From a virus (lineage: Duplodnaviria; Caudoviricetes), in IMG/VR virus record IMGVR_UViG_3300012663_000288, positions 1-29,335 of that record: a stretch of 29,335 bases of DNA; one strand, written 5' to 3'. The position numbers and the translations under genes are program-made. How positions within the stretch are numbered: position 1 is the first letter of the stretch; the number at the start of each line of letters is the position of its first letter. Shown here piece by piece: positions 17,594 through 25,544 of the stretch. The notes below the pieces were generated by a model, which was not told the DNA's origin, did not search any database, and saw only the letters and a list, made by a program, of their open reading frames with translations.

Positions 17594-17808
17594 GTTTTGT
17601 TATAACGTTGTTATTAATCAATTGATTTTCAATAAATAACATACTATAAATTTTTAATATATTGTTGATTTTTGACATATTATAAAAATTCATAATGTTT
17701 CACATTGTTTTTTGTAATTGATTGATATTCAATTGATTAATTTTTTTCATCAATTTTTCGGTGTTAATAACAAAAAATAACAAACGTATAACAACGTTAT
17801 AACAAAAC
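17594..17808. repeat. Nested long inverted repeat, candidate replication origin
   Basis: Perfect 21-bp arms at 17594-17614 and 17788-17808; imperfect 27-bp arms at 17614-17640 and 17714-17740; four tandem ATAACAA units at 17767-17806; very AT-rich and non-coding. Confidence 0.7.
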
Positions 17809-17812
17809 GCAT

Positions 17813-19570
17813 CTAATCAATCGCTTGATATTGACGCGTTAAAGTATTGAAACTGAACGATGTAAACCCAACCTTGCCCAACCACCACCATCGAATTTTT
17901 TGCACATAGGCCGTAACAACGTTCGTTTCGAAATCTCGATAGATTGTCAACCCATTATCCGTTTTGTTGAAAAAATTTGCCGATCCACTAATTGAATACA
18001 TTGTCGGAACTTCATATTTTCCGGTCGATTTGTCCTTTTGTAACTTGGTCGGATGCGCAATTAAAAATATGTGAATTCCTAATTTACGGGCCGCCATCCG
18101 GATTTTTGAAAGTACATCCGAAATGTATTGCGTTTCGGTTTGTCCGTTCGGAACTTTGTGTTCGATGTAATTCCAGGGATCAATTAACAATCCTTTGATT
18201 CCTTTACGCAAAACCAATTCGGCGGTTTTTGCCAATATTCCATCGATGGTTATGTCCGCTTCCATTGTATTGATAAAAAAGAAATTATCATTTAAATAAC
18301 CCATAACCATTTCAAGTTCAAATCTTGAAATGCCCATCGATGTTTTATTGAATGGTTTTTCGGATAACTTTTCAATCAATTTGGTTGCATGGAAAACCGG
18401 CGGTGAATTTTCAAATGAACAAATAGCCCATTTCCAACCATGATTGATTGATGTTTTAGTCATTAACCAATCCGTAAATTCCGATTTTCCCGATCCGGGA
18501 ATCCCGGTTATGGTTGTGAAATCACCGGGCATGAATGAAATCAATTCATCCAATGTAGGAATTCCAATCTTTGCGCCTTTCGGATAGCCATTTTCATAGA
18601 GATCAAATATTTCCGATTCCAATGTTTCCTTTTCAACAATGCCCGAAATCGGAAACGGGATGGCATTTTCAACCATCGCCTTGACGGCATCCCGTCCATG
18701 TTTGATCAATACATCATTGGCATCTTTGCAATCGTTTGGATATTGAATGAATGAACATTTTTCAATCCCAAAACGCCTCGATAATTCATCCTTTAAATTT
18801 TGCCCGACTTCATCGTTATCCGTTGCAATGATGATTTGTTTTTTATCGATAAAATATTCCGCGCAATTATCCAGGTACGGCAATTTCATTACCCCCTTTG
18901 GTGTTGTTCCATTTGGAACGCTTACCACGTTGTAAATGCCGGATTCATACATCGACATAGCATCAATTTCACCCTCAACAATGATGGCGGTGTCGGTGTC
19001 TTTAATTGCGTCCAAATTGTAGAATATCAATTCGGCATCCTTTGCCAACTTGAAATCCTTTCCCGGGCCGCGGAACTTGATGTTGATCAATTCATCGTTT
19101 CGGTAATAATTGAAACAAACAACATTGGTTTCCTTTTGCGCTTTCGGCATCCATTCAACCGATTGTGAAATCTTGAAACGCAACAATGTATTATTTGAAA
19201 TTCCGCGATCTTCAAAATATTTAATGAATTGTGGATGGATTTTTTCCAATCGTTGAACGGGGCGGATGTATTCCTTTGAATCTTTTTCCAATTGGAAATT
19301 ATAATATTTGGCCACATATTCAACGGCATCATTGAAATTGCAATTCGTATGTTTCATGACAAACGAAAACACATCGCCGGATTCACCACATCCAAAACAT
19401 TTGTAAAAATTGCCATTCACCGGTATTTTAAACGATGGCGTTTTTTCGTTGTGGAATGGACAATTCCCGACATAATCCGATCCGGATTTTTTTAACTTGA
19501 CAAATGATCCAACGATATCGGAAACCTTTGCAATTGCTTTCAATTGCATGATTGATTCATGGTTGATCAT
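17813..19570 (-). CDS. Bifunctional primase-helicase (CHC2 zinc finger, TOPRIM, SF4 helicase; Twinkle/T7 gp4-like)
   Basis: CPFHNEKTPSF...CFGC; IVEGEIDAMS, DND and KDAND; Walker A GIPGSGKS; LIDPWN, IAHPTK and ISGSA.F motifs. Confidence 0.93.
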   Translation of the reverse strand: MINHESIMQLKAIAKVSDIVGSFVKLKKSGSDYVGNCPFHNEKTPSFKIPVNGNFYKCFGCGESGDVFSFVMKHTNCNFNDAVEYVAKYYNFQLEKDSKEYIRPVQRLEKIHPQFIKYFEDRGISNNTLLRFKISQSVEWMPKAQKETNVVCFNYYRNDELINIKFRGPGKDFKLAKDAELIFYNLDAIKDTDTAIIVEGEIDAMSMYESGIYNVVSVPNGTTPKGVMKLPYLDNCAEYFIDKKQIIIATDNDEVGQNLKDELSRRFGIEKCSFIQYPNDCKDANDVLIKHGRDAVKAMVENAIPFPISGIVEKETLESEIFDLYENGYPKGAKIGIPTLDELISFMPGDFTTITGIPGSGKSEFTDWLMTKTSINHGWKWAICSFENSPPVFHATKLIEKLSEKPFNKTSMGISRFELEMVMGYLNDNFFFINTMEADITIDGILAKTAELVLRKGIKGLLIDPWNYIEHKVPNGQTETQYISDVLSKIRMAARKLGIHIFLIAHPTKLQKDKSTGKYEVPTMYSISGSANFFNKTDNGLTIYRDFETNVVTAYVQKIRWWWLGKVGFTSFSFNTLTRQYQAID

Positions 19571-19950
19571 AAAATCATTTTAGGTTGTTCGGGTTTTTGT
19601 TTCCATCGTTTTTCCATTCCGATTTTTCCGGCCTTTGAACGTGATGATTTCAATTCCTTGTATTGATTCATCGAACGAATCAAACGATCGGAAAAAAAGG
19701 TTTCATCAACAATCATGAATAAATCATAATTGCGAATAACCGCCTCAACCTTTTCCTTTGAACAATTAATCGAAAAACCAATATCATCAATCGATTCAAT
19801 CGGCAATTTATTTCCGGGTGCATCGCGTAACATTTCAATCAATGCCCAATAAATGCCGTACCCTTCCATTCCTAATTGGCGGCGCAACTTGATGATTTTA
19901 ACATCGTTTCGCGCGTTGCTATCATGCGAAAAATAAAATGATTCTTTCAT
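19567..19950 (-). CDS. DUF4373-like (Lin1244/Lin1753 N-terminal) replication-initiator-type protein, short form
   Basis: YFSHDSNARND.KI..LR...GMEGYGIYW.LIE.L and FFS.RL...RSKAGK.G...RW; ATG 19950; ATGA overlap with the primase gene. Confidence 0.8.
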   Translation of the reverse strand: MKESFYFSHDSNARNDVKIIKLRRQLGMEGYGIYWALIEMLRDAPGNKLPIESIDDIGFSINCSKEKVEAVIRNYDLFMIVDETFFSDRLIRSMNQYKELKSSRSKAGKIGMEKRWKQKPEQPKMIL

Positions 19951-19954
19951 AAAA

Positions 19955-20044
19955 TAAAAAACCTTTACGGGTTCAGGCGTGCCGGCCATCCCCCATAAAG
20001 GTCAAAAATGATTTGTTTAAAAATATCCGGCACGATATTTTAAT
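19955..20044 (-). ncRNA. Predicted kissing-loop/pseudoknot 5' leader of the replication operon
   Basis: Hairpin 1 AAAAUAUC/GAUAUUUU presents CGUGCCGG; hairpin 2 ACCUUUAUGGG/CCCGUAAAGGU has CCGGCACG in its loop and is followed by a U-tract. Confidence 0.6.
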
Positions 20045-20045
20045 A

Positions 20046-20516
20046 CTACAAACTTACGATTTTATCGTAAAGTTCAAAAAATTGTTCCGGTGTTCCGATG
20101 AATTCATAAATGCCACCGGCTTTGCGTTCCCGGATTTGTTCGGTTAATTGATCCGGTCGCGGTTTGTCTTTGCCAACTTTGATTTCAATCATGACGGAAC
20201 GCCCGTTGATGGTTGCGGATATATCCGCCGTACCTTTCCGGGTTGATGATGGCAACCACTTTTTAACGCCTATTTTTGCCCCCGATGGTTGTTTTTCAAC
20301 ACCATCAACAAGACGCCCCATCACGTTGATCCTCGTGGCCCGGTGGCCCTTCCATGATAGGTAATTGCAAATGAACGATGTTAATCCATTGGCGGTGTCA
20401 ACCTTCGGAACCTTCGGTTCTAAATAATACCCGTCTTTGTAGGCCGATGGATATTGAATTTTAAACCATTCCAAATGCGCGGACATGTACCGGGGGTGAT
20501 CAATTTTTTTTGCCAT
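20046..20516 (-). CDS. VRR-NUC / PD-(D/E)XK nuclease (Holliday-junction resolvase-like)
   Basis: KGTADISATINGRSVMIEIK...DK.RPDQ......RKAGG.Y. Confidence 0.85.
   Translation of the reverse strand: MAKKIDHPRYMSAHLEWFKIQYPSAYKDGYYLEPKVPKVDTANGLTSFICNYLSWKGHRATRINVMGRLVDGVEKQPSGAKIGVKKWLPSSTRKGTADISATINGRSVMIEIKVGKDKPRPDQLTEQIRERKAGGIYEFIGTPEQFFELYDKIVSL
20049..20078 (-). promoter_or_regulatory. Bacteroidota-type promoter for the replication operon
   Basis: TTTG-N18-TAAGTTTG within the 3' end of the VRR-NUC gene; overlapped by the inverted repeat TTACGAT-TTT-ATCGTAA (20054-20070). Confidence 0.65.
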
Positions 20517-20754
20517 CGGAATATGTTTCGTTGTAGTATTTTAAAAAATATGAAGGTTTTTTATCCCAATACTCAGCTCCACCATTTACCAAATCTCTCT
20601 GATATTGCATCCATTTAACACCTTGAATGAATGCTTCTGAATGTTGCTCTTTCTCGATTGCTTTTGCTTGTTGAATTAATTCATCATAAATTATTAATCC
20701 ATTTTTGCCGAATACTTTATCAACGAACCAATCAACTGCAGTTTGTTGTGCCAT
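20500..20754 (-). CDS. Hypothetical protein (QTAV.W family)
   Basis: 84 aa, MAQQTAVDWF...QAKAIEKEQ...YYNETY; atypical oligonucleotide composition. Confidence 0.75.
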   Translation of the reverse strand: MAQQTAVDWFVDKVFGKNGLIIYDELIQQAKAIEKEQHSEAFIQGVKWMQYQRDLVNGGAEYWDKKPSYFLKYYNETYSDGKKN

Positions 20755-20757
20755 TGT

Positions 20758-20961
20758 TTATTTGTTTATTGCGATTAAAAGTTTAAAAAGTACACATGTA
20801 ATAATAAATGTTAAAGCAGTTCCTGCAATAAATAATCCACTTGATGCGATGGTTTCATCATGTTCCAACATATCAATAGACTTTCGAAACAACCAATTAA
20901 AAACATGTTGTATAAATACGATGAATAAACATAGTGATATTGTTGCGATTGTTAGTGCCAT
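20758..20961 (-). CDS. Small two-TM membrane protein
   Basis: 67 aa with two hydrophobic segments; AT-rich. Confidence 0.6.
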   Translation of the reverse strand: MALTIATISLCLFIVFIQHVFNWLFRKSIDMLEHDETIASSGLFIAGTALTFIITCVLFKLLIAINK

Positions 20962-20971
20962 ATTATTTTTT

Positions 20972-21142
20972 TTAAATTATCCCAAACATTGAATCGCGTT
21001 TCCTTTCATCGCTTCGTTTTTTCCGTTCCGCGTTTTCGCATAATTTACAATAAACCGCCATCCTATCCTTTCGGGCGGTTGATTTGCTAAACATTGTTTT
21101 TTCTTTGAACTTATTGCATTTCGGGCATGTTTTTCCGTCCAT
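20972..21142 (-). CDS. Stand-alone Cys4 zinc-finger protein (56 aa)
   Basis: MDGKTCPKCNKFKEKTMFSKSTARKDRMAVYCKLCENAERKKRSDERKRDSMFGII; CxxC-22-CxxC; not in the ORF track. Confidence 0.75.
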   Translation of the reverse strand: MDGKTCPKCNKFKEKTMFSKSTARKDRMAVYCKLCENAERKKRSDERKRDSMFGII

Positions 21143-21240
21143 TGTTTATTTTTTATTTTTGAGTTGTTTCCATTATGGAAATAGGTTAAAAAATGAGCCA
21201 GGGTAGAAACCCCGGCCCGTTCACAATTAAAAACAAATAT

Positions 21241-21513
21241 CTAAAATGGTAAATCATCAATCACGTTGGCCGGTGGCGCATCCGGTTGCCTTAATTCGGA
21301 TTTTTTAAAATTACCGATGTACGTTTTTTTCTCTTTTGCTTCGCGTTGTTCCTTTGATTGCCTTACCGAAACGGAACCGATGTTCCCGTATTGATCAACA
21401 TTTTCATTGATCCAAATGTCGATGTTTAAATACAACTTGCCGTTTTTTGCTTGCGTTAATTTTTCCTTCGGGATGTCCGAAACGCAAATCGAACCATTGA
21501 ATAATTGATTCAT
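21241..21513 (-). CDS. ssb: Putative single-stranded DNA-binding protein
   Basis: 90 aa, beta-rich, acidic C-terminus DDLPF, located in the recombination module. Confidence 0.7.
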   Translation of the reverse strand: MNQLFNGSICVSDIPKEKLTQAKNGKLYLNIDIWINENVDQYGNIGSVSVRQSKEQREAKEKKTYIGNFKKSELRQPDAPPANVIDDLPF

Positions 21514-21556
21514 AAAATTGTCGGGTATAGGGAGCCGATGCCTTTAAAAGTTGATA

Positions 21557-22411
21557 TTATGATTTTTTAAATACTAAAATATTTTGGTGAACCTTTACAA
21601 GTTTTTGACTTTTCATGTTTCCATTTGCGCGCATACTTGCGCTTGCAATTGTATTCAATAAAATACCTTCATTGTAAAATTTCATGCCTGACTTTTGAAA
21701 TGCCCTTATTGTGTCCGGAACGAATCCAATGTAATCGCCTTTTTTATCCCTTACTTCGCCGACTACAAAACAAGCATATCCGCCGGATTTTAAAAGTTTG
21801 CAACTTTTTTGAATTATGCTTTCGTAAAGTTCTAAAAATTGATTGTATGGCTTATTGCTTATATCGCCATCCAAATCACTATAAACTTCCAAATCCGCGT
21901 ATGGTGGGCAACTAAATACCATATCAAATTTTGTTTGCCATGTATCATTTAAAATGATATTACTATCGCCAACGTACCATTGCGGTTGATTATCCATCGG
22001 CAAAATATCCAACGCTTGATCCCGGTTTGAATCAATTTGTTCCTTCCTAATATCAATTCCGGTGTATTTATAACCCAAATAATTGGCAACAACGCCACGA
22101 ACGGAACCCCCGGCAAATGGATCTAAAATTGAACCACCGGGAACACAAAACCAATTGTATAAAACTTCGCACAATGCCGGATCGAAAACGCTAACATATT
22201 CCGTTTGATTTTTTTCAACGGCCATCGTTCCCATGTTTATCACTTTTGAATCGCGCCCGACTTCGCTCTTTATTCCTTTTGCAATCCATAATTTTTTACG
22301 CCTTTGCCAATTCCCGGACTTTGTGTCCAATACCGAAAACGGGGGTTCGATAAAACGATCGCGTAAAATTTCATCCTTTATGATTTCGTTTCCAAACAAA
22401 TCTAAATTCAT
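21557..22411 (-). CDS. Orphan amino-DNA methyltransferase (N4-C or N6-A)
   Basis: Motif I ILDPFAGGSVRG, GIDIR, motif IV FSCPPY, HQNILVF; no cognate endonuclease recognisable. Confidence 0.85.
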   Translation of the reverse strand: MNLDLFGNEIIKDEILRDRFIEPPFSVLDTKSGNWQRRKKLWIAKGIKSEVGRDSKVINMGTMAVEKNQTEYVSVFDPALCEVLYNWFCVPGGSILDPFAGGSVRGVVANYLGYKYTGIDIRKEQIDSNRDQALDILPMDNQPQWYVGDSNIILNDTWQTKFDMVFSCPPYADLEVYSDLDGDISNKPYNQFLELYESIIQKSCKLLKSGGYACFVVGEVRDKKGDYIGFVPDTIRAFQKSGMKFYNEGILLNTIASASMRANGNMKSQKLVKVHQNILVFKKS

Positions 22412-22971
22412 ATCGCGATATTTTCAGGAATTCCGTATTTCAAAATTTGCCGTTCCCAAAATTCGGGCGATTGCCGGATCAACGCCTTTTCGGTATTTAG
22501 CGTTTTCGGACATACCCGAATGATGATCCCGGTTGGCGTATTGGTTGCCAAACAATACCCGGTTAATTGATTGCCATATCCGAAATGATCAATTGATTTG
22601 CCCAATGGCATTTCCGAAACCTTTAAATCAACAATCAATCGGCCGGGGCGAATCAAATCAATACGGCCTTTGTATTGCATCGACAACCCGGCATGTTCCA
22701 TGTTACATGTTACCGATACTTCGGATTGCATGTGTTTAACCAATTCGCCGATTTGGAACAATAATACCCGGGCAATGGGAACAACCAATTCCCGATTGGC
22801 CCCGTTGTATTTTTCCGGTTCCAAAATGTAATTGTGAACGGCGGTTCCCAACATCATTTTTTTAGTGGGTACGAAATCGCCGTTTTTGATTCCGGAATAG
22901 GAAAGGCCGGGCAATGCGCGGTATTGGTCAAAATCCAAACCGGGATGAACTTTCAATCTTGTTACTTGCAT
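22408..22971 (-). CDS. RecE/ExoVIII-like PD-(D/E)XK exonuclease (DUF3799-like)
   Basis: LSYSGIK, LGTAVH..ILEP, KGRIDL, DLK and Y..QL..Y motifs. Confidence 0.8.
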   Translation of the reverse strand: MQVTRLKVHPGLDFDQYRALPGLSYSGIKNGDFVPTKKMMLGTAVHNYILEPEKYNGANRELVVPIARVLLFQIGELVKHMQSEVSVTCNMEHAGLSMQYKGRIDLIRPGRLIVDLKVSEMPLGKSIDHFGYGNQLTGYCLATNTPTGIIIRVCPKTLNTEKALIRQSPEFWERQILKYGIPENIAI

Positions 22972-24002
22972 GTTTCAATCGTTTCAATGCCAGGGATTAC
23001 ATTTCCGGTTTCGTTGATATGCTTTGCCAACGCATCCGCCATTTGTCCGATGGTTAACTTTGTCCATGATTTTACACGAACGTATTGGTTAACATAGGGC
23101 CACAACCGAATGAAATTCGAAACGATTGTTTTTGCCCATTGCTCGGTTTCCTCCGCCTTGATTTTGATTTCCTTTTTTACTTTGGGCGTTTCAACGATCA
23201 ACGTTTCGGCTTCGGCAATCAACGCGTTGGTTGCGGTTTCGAATTCCAAATCCATTTCAAACGCCATTTCGGCGATTTGTTTATGCTTTTCGATGGATTC
23301 GATGGCAACATCAACATTGGCCAAATCATTGGAATAGGTTGACCAAATTACGGAAATGTTTTTAATTGCCGTTTGTAAATCATCCGCCGGATTGTATTTT
23401 TCAATCGAATCATAGATTTCTTTTGCCAATCCATCGGAAATCAATTTCCGGTCGAACTTTTGAAATTCCGGTAATTTCCAATCGTTCAAAATACGTTTCA
23501 TGTCTTGAACCATCGCCGGGATGGAATGCGTTGGATGTTTTTCTTTTAGGCAATTGGAATAGGATTCCAATGTAATGCGTTCAAGTTCATGGCGATATTG
23601 CGCCGCAATCCGGAACCATTCGTTCACAATGTGCGCCTTCAACGCCGCCGTTTCATTGGCGATGGCTTGTTGTTTTTGGGCGTTTTCGGCGGCTTGTTTG
23701 CGCATTTCCAATTCGATGGCGGCGGCTTGCTCGATTTGTTCCGCCATGCGTTTTTCGAATGCCGTTGCCGGCGTGATCAATTTATCATCAATCATGCGCG
23801 TAAATTCCAAACGTTTGGATTTCGCATCCGCCATGACTTGTTTTGCCGATTTGATATTGTGTTGAACAACATCAAGGGGGTTGCCCTCGATGCCATTCAT
23901 GTAATCTTGAACGGCCAATTCGGCGCGTTGTAATTCATCGAACAATGATGTTTTAATGTCGGCTAATTTTAACCAACCATTTTGAACCGGTGTCAAATTC
24001 AT
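22962..24002 (-). CDS. Coiled-coil hypothetical protein of the recombination module
   Basis: 346 aa, helical; between the SSAP and exonuclease genes, overlapping both. Confidence 0.7.
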   Translation of the reverse strand: MNLTPVQNGWLKLADIKTSLFDELQRAELAVQDYMNGIEGNPLDVVQHNIKSAKQVMADAKSKRLEFTRMIDDKLITPATAFEKRMAEQIEQAAAIELEMRKQAAENAQKQQAIANETAALKAHIVNEWFRIAAQYRHELERITLESYSNCLKEKHPTHSIPAMVQDMKRILNDWKLPEFQKFDRKLISDGLAKEIYDSIEKYNPADDLQTAIKNISVIWSTYSNDLANVDVAIESIEKHKQIAEMAFEMDLEFETATNALIAEAETLIVETPKVKKEIKIKAEETEQWAKTIVSNFIRLWPYVNQYVRVKSWTKLTIGQMADALAKHINETGNVIPGIETIETCK

Positions 24003-24715
24003 AAAATAAAGTTTTCTTTGTTTTTATATTCCCTGGCAACATCAAGTTGCAGGCGTTGGCCATCGGTCAATTCAACGTTTTCAATCGCCCATTCCCACAA
24101 TGTCAATTCGGAACCGGTTGCCATTTGTCCGGCTTCAATACTGGCGCAAAGTTTTTCGAATTGTTCCGGTGTCAACGATCGTTTTGTTGACTTCGGCGTT
24201 TCGATAACTTCGGCGGTCGTTTCTTCGGTTACGGATTCCATTTCTTCGGGAACGTAAACCGGATTTTCGTAAATGTCGGGCGTGTACCATTTAACGCCGT
24301 TTGACATGGCCCGGGCGAATAACATGTTTTTTGGGAATTTGTCCAGGTTTTTGGTTCCGGCTTTTTTGGCATCATCAATGGTGAATGTTGAAACGCCCAG
24401 GGATTGCAACCCATTAGCCGGCAACTTGGCAAAATATTCAATTGAACAAATTTTATCCGAATGTTCCAAAACTTTGTAATCGTACTTTCCAAATCCCTTA
24501 ACCCTTGCCGCCATTAATCCGGCCCCGATGGTTGGTTTTCCTTGAATGATATGGATTCCCGACATGGCCGCGAATGGTGAAATTCCCATTTCGGCCCCGG
24601 CCATGATTTTCACAACGGCTTGTTGCGCCGATTTAATGTCGGAAAACATTCCCGACTTGAAAAACGTTTCGCCGATTGTTAGCGCATCGGCCGCGCTTTT
24701 TACGATTTGATTCAT
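23999..24715 (-). CDS. Single-strand annealing protein (RecT/Red-beta-like)
   Basis: KIMAG.E.G..P..AM..IHII.GKP, FT..DAK.AG and P..ML.ARA...V....PD motifs. Confidence 0.75.
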   Translation of the reverse strand: MNQIVKSAADALTIGETFFKSGMFSDIKSAQQAVVKIMAGAEMGISPFAAMSGIHIIQGKPTIGAGLMAARVKGFGKYDYKVLEHSDKICSIEYFAKLPANGLQSLGVSTFTIDDAKKAGTKNLDKFPKNMLFARAMSNGVKWYTPDIYENPVYVPEEMESVTEETTAEVIETPKSTKRSLTPEQFEKLCASIEAGQMATGSELTLWEWAIENVELTDGQRLQLDVAREYKNKENFIL

Positions 24716-24728
24716 GTTGTGGGTTTTT

Positions 24729-24890
24729 TTATGATTCCAATGATGGGATGATCAACGCCTTTACGGCCTTTGTAAGTGATCCGTATTTTTTAACGATTGC
24801 TTTCTTATCGGCATCCTTTAAATAGGCCGATACCAATTTCGCGTGTTGATCGGCCGGAATTTTCTTTCGACCTGGTTTTAATTTTTCCAT
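24729..24890 (-). CDS. Small basic DNA-binding protein (possible RHH/Cro-like regulator)
   Basis: MEKLKPGRKKIP....KLVSAYL...DKKAIVKKYGSLTKAVK; first gene after the leftward promoter. Confidence 0.55.
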   Translation of the reverse strand: MEKLKPGRKKIPADQHAKLVSAYLKDADKKAIVKKYGSLTKAVKALIIPSLES

Positions 24891-24914
24891 GTGTTTTGAT
24901 TTTTTGATTTGATG

Positions 24915-24922
24915 CAAATATA
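24915..24922 (-). promoter_or_regulatory. Leftward early promoter, -7 element
   Basis: TATATTTG (TAnnTTTG) about 25 nt upstream of ATG 24890; no clear -33 TTTG. Confidence 0.6.
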
Positions 24923-24970
24923 GGGAATATTTGATATAAAAAATAAAATAAAAAATATTTTTAAAAATGT

Positions 24971-25000
24971 TTTGTAATATGGTTTTTTAGTTTATCTTTG
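24971..25000 (+). promoter_or_regulatory. Rightward early promoter
   Basis: TTTG-N18-TATCTTTG; downstream leader ACAATCAAAAACAAATAACATG resembles the cassette A leader. Confidence 0.75.
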
Positions 25001-25024
25001 AATTCACAATCAAAAACAAATAAC

Positions 25025-25240
25025 ATGGCAACTGCAAAAACAAACATTTGGAATTTAAAAATTGGCGATGTCATCACCTTTACAAGTTTATCTGGTTACA
25101 AAACTTTTTTGAATGTATATAGGGTTGAGGAAAAAAGTTGGTATGGTGGGAAAGGCCAAGTTAATGCCAGAAATAGTTATGGAACTTTGGAAAAACTTTC
25201 GAAATTGCCCGGCTTTCAAATCATCAGAAAATCAAAATAA
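25025..25240 (+). CDS. Early hypothetical protein (71 aa)
   Basis: MATAKTNIWNLKIGDVITF...; first gene after the rightward promoter; atypical composition. Confidence 0.75.
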   Translation: MATAKTNIWNLKIGDVITFTSLSGYKTFLNVYRVEEKSWYGGKGQVNARNSYGTLEKLSKLPGFQIIRKSK

Positions 25241-25248
25241 ATCACCTC

Positions 25249-25269
25249 GGGGCCGGCAATACCGGCCCC
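25249..25269 (+). other. GC-rich stem-loop after the first early gene
   Basis: GGGGCCGG-CAATA-CCGGCCCC, no U-tract. Confidence 0.55.
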
Positions 25270-25284
25270 ATAACATCAAATCAA

Positions 25285-25458
25285 ATGCAAAAGTTCATTT
25301 CAACCTACATCGCCGAATTCATCGCCGGAATCGAAATCACAAAATCAAAACCGGCGAAATGCGATTGTGGCGAAACCTACACATTGGTAACTGATAACGA
25401 TGAATACATCGTTTGCGATTCATGTTCCGATTTTTATAATTCAAAAAATGTCAAATAA
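25285..25458 (+). CDS. Small zinc-ribbon protein (57 aa)
   Basis: MQKFISTYIAEFIAGIEITKSKPAKCDCGETYTLVTDNDEYIVCDSCSDFYNSKNVK; TAATG coupling to the next ORF. Confidence 0.65.
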   Translation: MQKFISTYIAEFIAGIEITKSKPAKCDCGETYTLVTDNDEYIVCDSCSDFYNSKNVK

Positions 25459-25544
25459 TGAAAAATAAAACAATTCTAACATGGGCCATCATCATCACAT
25501 TGCTTTACATTGTCGGACAACTCCAGGATCAATGGTGCCGGTAA
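25458..25544 (+). CDS. Membrane micropeptide (28 aa)
   Basis: MKNKTILTWAIIITLLYIVGQLQDQWCR. Confidence 0.55.
   Translation: MKNKTILTWAIIITLLYIVGQLQDQWCR

Noticed and set aside
17511-17693. 60-aa minus-strand ORF in the AT-rich region
   Set aside because: Asn/Ile-rich translation of palindromic AT-rich DNA; most likely spurious.
17594-17808. Protelomerase (tel) site of a linear plasmid-prophage
   Set aside because: The palindrome centre is imperfect, and no protelomerase or partition genes are seen in the window.
20046-22411. Methyltransferase plus VRR-NUC nuclease as a restriction-modification pair
   Set aside because: The genes are not adjacent, and stand-alone phage VRR-NUC proteins are generally junction-resolving enzymes rather than restriction endonucleases.
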